Below are positions 38,656 to 52,472 of a stretch of DNA of 64,000 nucleotides, in pieces. The stretch covers positions 4,481 through 68,480 of the forward strand of contig JAUCBJ010008582.1 of assembly GCA_032718475.1 (NCBI GenBank). Direction: 5' to 3'. A program made the translations under genes and the position numbers. The notes under the pieces were generated by a model that saw nothing but the letters and a program-made list of their open reading frames with translations, made no database searches and was not told the origin of the DNA. Numbering within the stretch: position 1 is the first letter of the stretch; each line of letters opens with the position of its first letter. The DNA comes from Nemertoderma westbladi (taxonomy: Eukaryota > Animalia > Xenacoelomorpha).

Positions 38656-39212
38656 CTCTATATTCCATTGAAACCAGAACCCCAAAAAACCCCTATTGCG
38701 CAAAAAACATGTTCAAACAATCAATTTACAAAATTGACATATTTCAAAATTTGGTACTGGCACCAAAATTGGCACCCGGAGAAAAATACAAGTTTAAATT
38801 TATTTATATGAATTCCATCTAATAGTAAACATGAAAAAACCGGTTCAATTCAAAAATACAGATGTTACAAATCATATTTCATGAAATATAATTTTCCAAA
38901 AACGCCTCAAAAAAAGTACAAAAAGTAGGGTTAAAAGATGGTGCTATAACTTGAAAACTTACCAATATTTTTGAAAACCGTTTTCACTATAAGGAAAACA
39001 ATAGAGTTTGAGGTAAAGTCATACAGTTTCAGATTCCCCACTGCGTTTGTTTCAGAGTTATAACAAAAAAACCACGGGGGAGGGTCATATTGAGCACCCC
39101 CCCCCCCCCCCCCCCGTGTTTAATCGGGTTAACGAGCCTAAAAGATTCTCCCATTCAATATCCATTTTGTTTTGTGTGGAATTAGCCATTTTCGTCTTGA
39201 GATCATAGTTAA

Positions 39213-42200
39213 CCCTTCTGTGTCCCTCAAAATAACATACACATTAGTCCCTTGGGGTCATATGTGACCCCATGTACGAAATGTATGTGTAAGAGCACAA
39301 ACACCAAACGCCAGAGTGAGTCATTTGTTCAGGCAAGAACCAGGACCATGATTTACACCGAATTACATGAAAATAGGACAACATGCCATCTATGTGTGTC
39401 CGTCTGTCTGTCCATTTGTAAATTTTGTAAACAACATAATAAAGATATATTATTGTTAGTAGTTATAATTAGTATAATTTTTAACATTTTTTTGGAAAAA
39501 ATGTAGAAAATCAATAAGACTGTCTTTTTTATGAAAGATTTCGAGGGATACTAATGCATGTCTGTCTAGACATAGTATTGTCTGTCCGTCTGTCCCACTC
39601 AGTATTTGGTAAACAGCATAATAAATGAGCATTTCATATGTAAATAATTACAATCAGTATACAATTTCTGAAATTGTTTAGGAGACATAGACATTTACAT
39701 GCAAAACTAATATACTTAATTTACGAAATTATTGAGCAGTACAATCAATACAGATGGGAAATCCATGTTCACTACAAACAAAGTTAGTGCAAACTGAACA
39801 ACATAAAAATGTCTTTATGTCCTTAGAACGATCACACTTATAACATCGCCCTCTCTTCCCCTTCCTACACTCAGTGATTGAGATTAGCTTTGTTTGGTCA
39901 TTCGAAGTACTCTTGTGTTGTACTCCTTGTACTCTATCAACAATTTGTATGGCAAATGGGCAACGTGGACGGGTGGAACGCTGTCGAATCCAAATGGACA
40001 CTAATTCCTGTCCTAGCTCTGTCAGATAAATTCGACGTCGGTGAAGTTGTGTTTTGTTCCATTCAGGAAAAATGTCCCTGTAAATAACACATGCGTTGTA
40101 TGCTGCTATATCAATGATGTTCGAAAAAACTACCATAGGCCACCTCTTCGTACCACGCTTTACACTATATGTAGACAATGATTGATCACTGGCATCAACT
40201 CCACCTTTATATTTGTTATATGACAGAATAATATCCGGCTTTTTATCATCACGTGAGGACAAAGATGCATCAGCATGCATTGTGCTCAACAGCGTTACAA
40301 CCTTGCCGCGTTTGGGACAATAAGAAACAATTGTACAATCTTCAGTGTGAGCAAATATGCTGCTGAACCTTTCCCGACCTTTGGTTTCCACAAATTCTGC
40401 AGGTAATTCTGGCTTATTTTTGCGCATTGTACCCACCACCGTCTGATTGCGCTTTAGAAGTTCCTGGGATAATGAGTATGAAGTAAAAAAGTTATCAACA
40501 GTGATATTTCTTCCAGGTAGACCTTTAGTCGACTCCAATACAACCCGCTGACCTTGATTCTTCTCTACATTATCACCCTGTTTACCAGTATAAGGTTCAA
40601 TATTATGAATATAGTTTTTATCACCAGTGGTCGTAACCCAATTTTTTCAACCATAACGTGCTGGCTTGTTTGGCATATATTGACGGAATGAACATCGCCC
40701 TCGAAATGCCACCAATTGTTCATCCACACAAAGATTTTCTGAAGGAACATATGCTAGAGGTAACTGCTCAACAAATTTTGTCCATATATTTCGAATAGCT
40801 GCAAATTTGTCTAAATCACGTCGCCTTTTTGTTTTGTCATCAAACCTCACAAATCTACAAATTTGTTTGAATCGTTTCAATGACATAGTAGCGCGAAAAA
40901 TAGGTCTACCAAAGTCAGCTGACCATAGCTGAGTTACATGTTCAGTGGAAGAGCGAAATACACCACCAAGAATCAACAACCCAATGTAGGCCATAAATTC
41001 ATCGAATATAATGGGTTTCCAATTGTCACCAAGATTTCTATGTGCCTCATTATTTGTCATTTCAAGTATAATATTAATCATTGTAATAGTAAAAAATATA
41101 TAGAAAGAGGAAAGGATATCTCTACACTGACATCGAGCATAACGTGTAGGCCCCGGTGTATTATGAATTACATTTCTTTGAGGAGTCTTTTGGGAAACAT
41201 TGTATGGAGTTTTTCGCCATGAAATCCCCTTTTCAGCGTTTTTACCTTTATGTCTTGATTTATAAAATAAAGTACTGCTACCCAATACGTTATCATCATC
41301 GGCAGTATCGACATCAGGATCAGACTCTGTATCTGACAAATTCACTTCTTGATCGTCATCAATTGCGACAGGAGCATCAGATTCATCAGCTTCTTCTTCA
41401 CTACTGCCAACTCCACCTCCTTCAGCATCACTGTCACTATCGTCAATTTCATTAGTCATTGAAAATGTGGAAAAACTGAATGGAATTCGTTGCACACGGG
41501 TCCGTACTGGGTATTCTCTTCTACCGGTAACCATTTCCACATTTTCGGTAGCTGAAGTTGAACTGGTTCCTGCTGCAGCACTATCATTCCTGCATTCTCC
41601 ATATTGCAGTAATGATAAATAATGGTCAAAGAATGTGAAAAACTGAAATATTATATTGAAAAGTGTATGTACAGTACATGTACAGCATAGGCCTAATCTC
41701 GAGAATTCAATACACAATTATTATACAATAACATAGAATACATAGAATACATTATTATTTCCCTTGTACTCTGGTACTACCGGTACTGCGGTAGCTGACT
41801 AGCTTGCTACTACTGTACTAGCAGAAGCAGACTACAGGACAACTGGCTGACTGGACTAGGTCAGTACTGCAGTAGGTCTATACACAATACCTGAATACAG
41901 CAATACACACACACACTGCAGCACTGACACAGGTCACAGATACAGACAGCAGGACAGACAGCTTTAGCTGTAGGCCTATTGTATTTATTTGTATTATTAT
42001 AATTATAGCATATAGGGCAGTAGGGTAGCCTAGGTCTGTAGGTCAGTAGGTATTTCTTATTGGCAGAATGGTGAAGGAAGGGCCTGACACCTGACAGTCG
42101 CCTCTCCAGCTCTCAATACACAAGACTGCAGTACTGCAGCAGTAGGCCTACTGCATGAATATTGAATACAGGAATAGTGAATAATGAATAGCTGTCCCCT

Positions 42201-42665
42201 CACAGAGTCTGGTGTTTTCAGTTATCGGTATACAATCCACAATCTGACAGTTCTGCAGTTTTTATAGGTCACTAGGACGGGTAAATCTTTTCGACCTACG
42301 CATAGGTCGATAAATAATAATTTAGGTAATAATGTATTAATTCAATAACAAGGGAAATAATGATTTAAAATTGCCACCACGTGAAGATCAATATATTTAC
42401 CCAATAGTATGCAGGGCAAGTGTTTTAGGCATTACAGTTATTGAATTTATGTATTGGGGTCGCATGTGACCCCAGGAACCTAAGAGGTTGTTAAGGGATG
42501 TTTCCCACCTAGATGGTGGGGGGTAAAAAATTTATACGTTTTTTTGTTCACCATAACCAGGGTTATGCACTTCATGAAAACCAACCCAATTTACCTGCAC
42601 ACAAGAAAGCTGTGCTGCTGCAAAGTCGGGTTGGGGTCACACATGACCCCAGGGACACAGAAGGG
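39213..42665 (-). mobile_element. piggyBac DNA transposon
   Basis: TTAA TSDs (39209-39212, 42666-42669); 15-bp TIR CCCTTCTGTGTCCCT; subterminal GGGGTC-N6-GACCCC motifs at both ends. Confidence 0.97.
39729..41534 (-). pseudogene. piggyBac (PGBD4-like) transposase, frameshifted near 40650-40560
   Basis: VDEQLVAFRGRC..QYMPNKPARYG, TVDNFFTS, GTMRKNK, YNKYKGGVD, RWPM, Cys-rich C-terminal domain; start codon uncertain. Confidence 0.93.
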
Positions 42666-42903
42666 TTAAAGAACTAAATTTCGCAAAACTTAGATAACAA
42701 AATGGCAATATGAAAATGCATTGAATATAAATAATAGAGGTGGGACTAAGATAAATATCTAACATTTATTCCAATTATGATGTAAAATAATTAACATTTA
42801 AAATTTAAAAATATGAAATAATAGTAACAAGGGACAAATTCTAGGCAGATCAATAATACATTTATATTGAAGTTACATTGTTTAGGCCCTGTATAATCTT
42901 TAA

Positions 42904-44321
42904 TTAAAGAAAATTAAATATTACAAACAAGACGTAAAAACTTGACGATATAACAGTGAATCCATCTGCTGTCGACGTCATTATAGGAAAAGTAGAAAAC
43001 TTCAATCCCGTGACGTCACGTCTGTATGACGTTTTTGCGTGTTCTCGGAATGCTTGGAGCTGATTGGTTCCAATTTCCTGGTGATCCCGGAATACCGTAA
43101 CAGTAGCGTTTATTGAGCAGCTTGTCAGGTTGTATCTATAGTAAGAAGTAAGATCAACTTCGCGGTATAAGTCACCCAAATACAAGGAGTTTTCGTTGTT
43201 ATCGTTGTTGCCATGGTCTTTGTTTTTCAAAATGTCAATAACAGGTTCTAGATAGTTGTTTGGTTCATCAGTTTCCTGGAAAACAAGTAATTGCGTTAGA
43301 AAGTAGATGGAAATACCCAAACCGATAATGGACAGACATTTCGACTAATTGACATTCTCAATCCACCACCCTCCCCATATTAACTTACCCAAAAGTGAAA
43401 GACCAGTATATGGACTCCGCTACAGTTAGGCTGTCTGCTAGCCGTAGTAAAATCCGCGTAATCGTCTGCTGCCCAATGGACTGCCTCAAACTCAAGTGCT
43501 GGTACAACATTGGCCAATAAGTTTTTAGGCGATATCCAATTGAATCGCAGCTCCTGAAAAGATCAAACCTTTCTATCATAAGGCGAGGAGTACCAGGTAT
43601 TAATTACAAAGAGTTGTTATTCGGGACATTTTGACATTTTTATGTCCTATCAATTAAATTCCTTTTATCAAATTTAAGAAATTCCACCTATAATAATAAA
43701 CACATCAGTTACTTAGGCCTATAAAAGCGAATTACAAACGACAGTTAGCGAGTCAGGGAGCTTGAACCGGAAAAGTTATCGCTGTAAAGAACCGTTATAT
43801 TTTATATTATTATATTTTGGAAATTCCGTTTCAACTTTATCACAATGATTGATAACATTATGAGTTATTTTTTATGGAATTCACAATCTTTTTATTCGTT
43901 ATGTAGTGAGTTCAAGTATCCCTCATATCCCTAACATAATAATATACTTTACTTTATATCTATTTACTGTAAATATATGTTGGAAAATGTTAATATATTT
44001 ATTTACCTGTAGATAAAACTTCGATTCAAACTCGTACCACTTCATTGCCGGAAATGTGCCTATCGAAAGAACCACATTGCCATCGTCTTCTTTCACTTCA
44101 ATATGTTCTTCGAGTATTTCTTCGTAAGAAGACGACAGTAGAAATGTCCCAAGTTTATCATTGTACATTGAGTCTCCCGGCACTAAGTTGGTTATATATT
44201 TATGCTCCTCGGAACATTGGTTTTTGGTTTGATCATTCACGTATTCAGTTTCAGCCGCCGTGGCGAAAGAAAAGACAATAAGAGCGCAGTTAATATGTAT
44301 GATAAAAAGAGAAAACGCCAT
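42904..44321 (-). CDS. Alpha-carbonic-anhydrase-related protein, secreted/GPI-anchored, predicted acatalytic; exons 44321-44007, 43553-43389, 43275-42904 (283 aa)
   Basis: GT-AG phase-0 introns give an open frame; FYLQELRFNW, LEFEAVHW, YADFTTA..SGVHIL, YYRY, TVF..QLQAFR align with the alpha-CA pattern; N-terminal signal peptide and hydrophobic C-terminal tail. Confidence 0.75.
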
Positions 44322-45731
44322 GTCGTCAAAAAATTTATACATAAACCGTATGATTTATTATTATTTCAAATTCTAATTTTCAAATTCGAAATATCACATT
44401 GAATGGTCAAAATATTCAATATCTAATTACATCGTTTTCGAATTCGTTTTTCTCAAAATTAAGTTTTTTCTGATAGACTACCTAAGATAATAAGGCATTA
44501 AGGTAATACAGTAAGAACAAATATAAATTAATACTTCCAAGGTTAAGGTATATTATTATTAGTTAGTATAAATTCCACTATCCGGGACTGCCAAGTATAA
44601 GAAGTCAACAATCAATTCATTTGATTAGTTGATAATGTATTTCGCGTTTTTGGAGCCAAGAATAGGTTTATAAATAATCGAATAATGATAATGCTTTTAT
44701 TGAGTCGAAGTGTTGTTTGGCAATAATAGCATTTTGTATACTTTAGTTGGGTAATCGATTCATTACACAGCACGTTGGTTCACTGTCCATCTATATATAT
44801 ATTATACAGTATATCGTTCGACACCTTCTTCTACTGTTGGCTTACTGCCGGATTTTTTAATTTGTCATTTATTTAGCTACAACAAGCCGAATAAAAATTC
44901 CTATTTAGCAATATTTAACTATCTCTGTTGGCTTTACGTTTCGACTTGGGAATGAAATTATCGCTTGCATTAGAACCGCCTTCGTCTGCAGATTTCGAAT
45001 CTGACAACCGTCTTAAATTTCATCAATAACTTCCGGAGATATTATAAAAATTAAAACGTATACATTTTGACACGTAAATCAATATAATTGTAACGTTTAT
45101 TTATTAAATTCTAGAATTATATTTATTACGAGTAATGAAGAAACAAAATAAATTAATATATGAATAATGAAAAATGAAAAATGTGCATGTGCAAAAATGG
45201 TTAAAGGGGTGGGGCTGGGGGTGGGGGGGGGGGGCTGGTGGGAGGCTAATAGGCGGTGGGCCCTGATTGGCGTGGACATGGTCGCGATGGTAGAGGACAT
45301 GCAAGATGGCTGGCTCCCTGATCATCTACATTAATTCTATAGAACTTCTAATTGGTTCAAAAAGCTTGTGCTAAATTTGTTAGAACTACCTGCTATGTTG
45401 CTATGTTAAAATTTCGAAATAAAATATATCTCATATTAAATTATTATTTATTTATATTAAATACAGATTTACATAAACCTCTGTACTTACTTTAGTATTT
45501 AGAGCGAATGGTTGTGGTTTAGTGTGATAATAGAACGTTTTACTTCTCACAGGTAAAACATTAAAAATTAACCAATTTAACTTACATCTTTAAAGAGGAA
45601 ACAACATAAGGTTAAAAAAATCAGTTTCTATTTCAAATGATGTATCGAAATAGTTTAAAAAAAAAGCGATAGCAAACGCAACGCTGACTTCCGAAAACCA
45701 CAGCCACCATCGACAAAAACCAGACCGTAAC

Positions 45732-46008
45732 AAAAGTAAAGTAAAAGTAAAGTAAATTTTCTTCGGCCGCTAGGCCAGGGATTACGCACAAAGTCTGACG
45801 ACTTATTTCCAGTGCGGTCCCCCCAGAACTTTACTCCCCAGAGGAAACTCCAGTACTCATTTAGCTACCACTTAAGGATGCAAGGCAGAGATGCGCCCTG
45901 GCTGGTCCCTTTAAAGCATTCGTGCCGAAACGAAAACTGCCCTGGCCCATGTGAGGATCGAACCCACGACCTACGGGAGATGTGAATTCAATGCAACCAC
46001 TACACCAA
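45732..46008 (-). mobile_element. tRNA-derived SINE
   Basis: A box TGGTGTAGTGG, B box GGTTCGATCC, central catccttaagtggtagctaaatgagtac resembling conserved SINE body domains, (TTTAC)n tail. Confidence 0.85.
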
Positions 46009-46542
46009 GGTGGAACCCTTGGTGTAGTTAAAGTAGTTAGTGTAGTTAAATAGTTGTATTTAGGTAGTTGGTGTAGTTAGATAACCTTGGTGTAACAGGT
46101 TTTCTAAACTCTTGTTTATTGTTTTGTTTGAAACAATTAACCACTATATAGCCTGTTCCTGTCCCCCAATTTACAATTAAGATTATTTATGTATGGTGTT
46201 GAGCAAACAAATTATACATTTCTTCGGGATAATTTTAAATAATGGATCTCGAATATGCTACCGGTGTCGTATGGTACTGTAATATTCTGATGGACTTTTA
46301 AAGCAACCCCCCATTACACCGCTATAAATTCCAATAAATTTGGCTTTTGCTTCAGTTGCCGGTTGTCGGTTTTGTTTGTTGTCTGAGATTGTTGGTAAAC
46401 ACTGTAGCGAAGTAATAATTCAAATGCGGCATATTAAATTAATACCAAACATATTGTATCTTATTTTATTTATTTGTTTGTAATTAATTTCGCACTACCA
46501 AATCGCCAGGGCGACATATTTTCCTGCTTTGGCTCATCCCAT

Positions 46543-48742
46543 GTAAAGTGCGGGACATTCGTACGACTTTTTGTGCATACTTTAGTGCTGTACATCAAGA
46601 AAATGAACTAAAATATTATAATGCTTGTGTTTCTAAGAATAACCAATTATCGGTTAAGTAAAAAAAAGCAGTTTGGAAAACCTGCAGCAGTTGAACAGTT
46701 TATGTCTCAGAATTCTTGCTTAAAAAAATTGTAAAGTGCAGGACGCGTACGAAAGTGAAATTCTCAACTGTCAAATTAATTGCTAAAGTTCAGCGAATTG
46801 CGTAAAGTTAGTGGGAATACTTTTGTTTTGTGATGTTCCCAGCTATGTAGGGAAAATAAATTAGCCTTTAGTAAGATGGTAGGTAACATCAATGAAACAG
46901 GGGAGTAGTTTAAGTGCAGCAAAGACATGTAAAGTGTGGGACATTTCACTGTAAAGTGCGGGACACGTGCGATTTTATCATTTATAAACACATTGAATCG
47001 TTAATTATTACATTTTTACGACTAAATCAGTGATAGTTATAAACTTTTCAGTGAGATTGCTACATATAATTTGAACTTAAAGATGAATGAAAATGCAACT
47101 AACCCTAACCAAAATACTAAACCTAACCTACCAAACTTAGTTGGCCCTGTAAAGCCCCTTACTGCTATTGCGTACATGTACTGTATACATGTGACTGCCT
47201 GTCAAGTAAAGTGTTCAACTATTTAAAGCATACAATTCCACTGGAGGTCCGGCCTTTATTACAGTGCACACTGCACAGTAGTGAAGAGGCGGGTAGGGGG
47301 TGGGGGGTGGGGGGATTATAGATATAATTAATAAGCCTCCAACATACGTCTGAGCGGGCTTTAATACGCCATTCCAACATTCCAATAGTTTAACAAAGTT
47401 TTTCCTTTCCTTTTCTCAAAATTGGCCCCAACATGAAAAAAAAAAGTGGCTCAAAATCATTGCCCTGCCACTGGCAATGTACGAACACCCCCAAATGGAG
47501 TAGAAAAACAAATAGAGGTCAACAGTGCATAATACTGTAAGTAAAACAAAAGTGTATGCACGACGATAGCAAATTTGTTTGTATCATTTTTTTGTAGCCT
47601 TAGCTATGCCCTAGTACAGCGTGGCTCCTACTTGCTGTATTATTACCTCCAGCCCAGGCAGTTCAATATTATTTTAGGCTTATGTAAAATTACAATTTAA
47701 GTGCGCTGTAGGCCTTAATGAATACAGATTAGATAGCCAGATCAGACCTGGAACTGTAGTGCACCCATAAAACCGTTAATAAATAATAGCGTACCATGTA
47801 CGGTCTAGGCCGTGGCATATTGGAGATTGTATTATGCTCCACCCACGAAGAGGTTAATGGCAGGCTTACAAATATGAAAAAACGAATAAAAATATAAATT
47901 AAAATTTTGAGGATATTTACTGAAATATATGTGATCTTTATTCATTTTTTCATAGTGTCTTAACCCTTTACCACTGGGGGGGGGGGGGGGGGGGGGGGGC
48001 AAATCTTCCTAGTGTTTAGTTGCTGTAACTATGCAACCACATTACGTACCGGCCCAATTTTTATTGAGAATTAGCCAAATTTAATGCCGCATCTTTTGCA
48101 AAAAACGACGTTGCAATTGGATTTCTACTTTTCGATGTGGGTACCACCTCAAAATTTGGTCTCAAGCACCAAATTTTTTAAAATTTCAAAATTACTTTAT
48201 TCGGAAAATTTACTAAAGTTTTGATTTCGAAGCATTTTTATTGGTTTTCTGGAGCGCTGAATCGATTGAAAGTAATATAGAAAGCCTGAAGACTTAGTGG
48301 TTCGCCATTTTGGTGCACAAAAAATAGGGCGTGGCACTTCAAATTTTGAAAAATACGAGATTCGGAAAATACACTAAAGTTTTGATTTTCAAAGCATTTT
48401 TATAGTTTTTCTGGAGCGCTGAATCGATTGAAAGTAATATAGAAGCCTATAAGAGATTGATATGAAGTTATTAAATGTCAGTTATGATTATTCCAGTTGA
48501 AGTTCTTCAATCTAAATACACGCTTACTCTTCTTCCTTTGATATTTCTACTTTTTGTCCCGCACTTTACGTAAAGTGCGGGACACCTGTTTACCACATAA
48601 CACGAAACACCACAAACAAACTAAGTACCCCAGATTAATGATACATATATTTGTGCTTTACAAACGACATAACATCATTCTATTATAATATGTCTATCCT
48701 GTACAAACAAAATATGGTGTTCAGCGTAAAGTGCGGGACATT
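46543..48742. repeat. Dispersed GTAAAGTGCGGGACA motifs, likely subterminal repeats of a DNA transposon remnant
   Basis: Copies near 46543, 46731, 46929, 46951, 48570 and 48726; perfect 30-bp palindrome at 48555-48584. Confidence 0.6.
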
Positions 48743-48848
48743 ATGATGTAAGCAAATTATGTGATGGATTATTTCACTATAAGGTAGCATTTGTAGCTCA
48801 ACGTAAAAACTTTCTAAAATCCGACGCATTTTGATTAAATTACAGTAA

Positions 48849-49333
48849 TGTAATATGCCTATTCATATTGGTACACATAAATCCGTAGGCAATTCGATTG
48901 GCGCAGTGGTCAGATGGTTAAGGCGTTGGTTACATTACAGATAGGTTACGAGTTCGAATCCCAGTCGGGAAATTTGCATTTTTGGGCAATTTATTTTCAT
49001 TTGATCTAATTAGATAAGCCAATGAGGTGCGTACAACGTATGGAACGATGAGTTGGGCCAATCATAGGGCATAGAACATCTTATTGCTCCAATGTGAGAC
49101 CATGGAATGCTCTGGAATGTTCTAGTGGATTCTATGTCCCAGATTTGCTACATAAGGGCTGGTTTGCCTTCGGTTATCACTTGTTATTTCTAATAGCACT
49201 CTCACATTTACTTGTAACACTCACTTATCTCCATTCTTTAGTTACATTTGTTAAGTTTCTTGTTGGAACTTATGTAAATTTGGTTGATAAACTCTTTTGT
49301 AAATTACTCTAAATATACTGTAAACTTTGAACA
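48849..49333 (+). repeat. Putative 5' LTR of element 2
   Basis: TGTAAT...GAACA; same layout as LTR-B (tRNA-like box, three CCAAT, TATA-like, T-rich tail); no second copy in the window, so boundaries are inferred. Confidence 0.65.
48900..48983 (+). promoter_or_regulatory. tRNA-like Pol III cassette inside the element 2 LTR
   Basis: A box TGGTCAGATGG (48908-48918), B box GAGTTCGAATCC (48950-48961), T5 at 48979-48983. Confidence 0.75.
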
Positions 49334-52300
49334 TGTATATTCCCCTTTGTCCACCATTGGGACAGCCAAGCATTGGGAGGATGGCTGCCTAGACCGTTAG
49401 GCCGTCAGCAACGCAGGGAAGATGTCCACAACACGCTAGCGCCCACATTAGATTAGCCCGCGCACCCCCTTCGCCCCTTCGAAATACTCCACCTTTGCCA
49501 TGCAGCGCCCGATTCCGAGGAAGGTAAGACTTTGTTTGACGCCCTTGCCCGGCGTAAGACCTATAGATCAGGGTAAGCGTGACGCCGTCCTGGGACGCCG
49601 CAAAATTTAGGATCAAATAGCTAGATTCAGACCGGAACCAGTACTGCAAATCCCTGGATTAACCTGTATTCCCTACAGGTGTGAACTATTGCCGTTCGTC
49701 AGTACGCAAGTACATATTAGGTACAGACAGCATATGTTCCTTAATTTAGTGATTCGCAATACTGACAGTTCGGTACCGGTTTGCTTTGTAGTTTATACAT
49801 TAGTACCCCCCCCCCCCCCCCCCCTGCCTGAACCCGAGTTATTTGATCAGGCAAGGAGTATTTCTGCTACCGGCACTTCGCTTGGCCTAGGGAGGTTTAT
49901 TAATATCCTACCGCGCCTTGCCACGTACTGATAGGTATTGCTGCTAACCACCGCGGCAACAAAATTCTAGAATCAAATTTGTATACCAGATCAGCTAACA
50001 GTACGGTAGCAATTAACCCCTATTTCTTATCTTACAACCAGAATCTGGTATTTGTGCCGATCACGGGTGTAGTTACTAACACCGTAATTGCCCGGTTGAG
50101 TTGTGGATAGGAAGGAGAGAGCTTTGACGTCATTTTGTAAGTATAAAGTTCTACAGAGCGCGACTAGCTTATTTTCGTAGCTAGCGCACGGTATTGTTTC
50201 AGTCAGAAAATCACTAAAACCTAGTACAATGGAGTACACCAAAATTGTTTTATTTGTAACACACCCACACACACACGCCCTAAAACATATGTACCCTTAG
50301 AGCTCTACTAGTTATAGCTTACTTTAGGTTACTTTCAGGCAGAATCTATTTTGTAATTTACTATTCGTAGTTTGTAAATTTAGGATCTGATATTTAGTTA
50401 TGGCAAAAGGAGTATTTACTTATTAGACTGTGTTTTCTAGCCACAGTATCGTTACATTAGGTACGACCCCCTTTAGACTGATTAAGTACTGGTCAGTATT
50501 GTTACGCTAGTCTGTTAATCCACTAGCTCGTATATAAACCATATAAATCACACCGCGGCAAGTTACGGTATTTAGGTCCGTTAGCGATAGTTAACATTCG
50601 CTGCGCGGGGATTGTTTTCCCGTGAGTTTGGTCTGTCACCGTAACTGTACATCTGCCACACCGGTTAGAGGACAGGCATCCTTTTGTCTAGTTCGTAGGC
50701 ATTAGATCCGCTCACGTACGTAGAATAGACACTAGGCTCTGTTCCTCGCCAGTAGTTGTTCGCGTATTTGTATCTGTTTGTTTAGATACCCTGGAGTGGG
50801 CTTTGTTGTCAGATACTGTACGAGCCCGTATACATTACTAGATCTTACGGTAAGATACATCGTTACTAGGATCCGGTAAGCGGTATACTACTGGACATTT
50901 CAGTAGGGAATATTCTATAGCTTCATATTAGTAGATTTGTAGGCCGTAGGATATCTCTTACTGGGAAGGATCTCAAATTATGAGCACTGAATTTTTCACG
51001 TTGTTTTAATTGACAGTGTAAAAGCTTCTGTGGGATATAACTGGCCCCTTTGCTTCGCAATCCAGTTTCCCCCCAGGCGCTGGAATACTCTAAAAGGTTC
51101 TCTAACTGTTTATATATTCCCCTCGCCCGCAAGGTACCGTTACAGGTGTTTTAACGGACATAAAAGTCATTCTTCTATATACGTGCTTTGGCGGACATGG
51201 TAAGGCAAAAAACCCGCAATGCACCAAATACCTTTACACGGCTTGGCCTTGATGATTCAGATTGCGACATCTAGCAGCTGGTTGCTGGCATGGAAACAGC
51301 CATTGGACGCATGGTTCTTTGTTTGGCTTGAGCCAATCAGAGCGATTTTTTCTGTCAACGTGTAGATATTCGGCCGATCATACTAGGAGTGTTCAGTCTT
51401 ACTATTTTTCTTGATATAGTTTTGTTGTTGCTATCTAGGCCAGGAACACCGGCTCTAGAGTCAATTAGTTTTCATACTTTAGAAGAAACATTAGTAGGCT
51501 TAAATTATAGAGCGTATAACTGTTATCGCATCACATATCAACTCATATCACATATCGGTCCAGTCATACAGTGTTACCATCTTAGCCTACCGTCTTAATG
51601 CTATTTACTGTTGTGTTTTGGTTGAATATTATTATTTGGAGAACATTTATAAAGAACCCAAATTTCCCAATTTTCTTGATACACTACAGGTTAGAGAGAC
51701 GGGTTATATATAGTGATTGCGACTTATATTGTTGTGGTTTGTAGTGAATTTAATGCTATTTGGTAAGCACTACATGAGTCCGTTGCTGCTCTCTTTATAT
51801 ATGATAAAATTCATTGACGGTCGGCAAATTAGTGAGAAGTATTGTGTGTTACTGGTAGTGTGCCTGATTGTGATTGATAACTAAGCATTTCCTAAAGAAT
51901 GCGCCTCATACGTGAATCATAAGCCTTACCGACTTACCGTTGTGATTAGTATAAGTCATATCTCTGTTTACCTAGATAGAGCGCCACGTCCTAAAGGAAC
52001 TGTTAATATTTCCCGAAAGTGAATAATATTAGTCAGAAATTATTTATTAACGATCAATCGAATAATACAGTAAGCTTACACTGCAATAATAATCTAAGCC
52101 CTCAGAATCCAGTCTCCCGGGTATATCCAGCGGGTGAATGGACGCGTACTAGGCTGGCTTCTGCTAATGTTGTGTTTATTTGTATTAAATATTTGTCATC
52201 TTCTAAAGTCTATTTATAAACCAAAAGACATATAAATTTTGGCAGGTTAAACTGCTAAAGGTCTTCAAAAGCGCGTACAATAACAGTTATTGTCTTTATT

Positions 52301-52344
52301 GCAGTAAGCAATAAAGTTGAAAGTACCGGTCGACCGGTAAACCT

Positions 52345-52472
52345 GAACCGGTACTTCTGTAGGTCAGTAGGCCCAACTGCCAGAACCGGTACTGCTGTAG
52401 GTCCGTAGGTCCAACTGCCAGAACCGGTACTTCTGTAGGTCTGTAGGCCCAACTGTCCTAACCGGTACTTCC
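52345..52472. repeat. 39-bp tandem repeat (about 3 copies) in the element 2 leader
   Basis: accggtacttctgtaggtcNgtaggcccaactgccaga units. Confidence 0.85.

Noticed and set aside
48900-48975. Functional tRNA gene (also 11772-11843 and 45935-46008)
   Set aside because: A and B boxes are present but acceptor and anticodon stems do not pair properly; these lie in LTRs or a SINE head
24554-49825. Recurrent poly-C/poly-G runs as a functional G-quadruplex system
   Set aside because: Mostly inside dispersed repeats and variable in length; simple homopolymer expansion suffices
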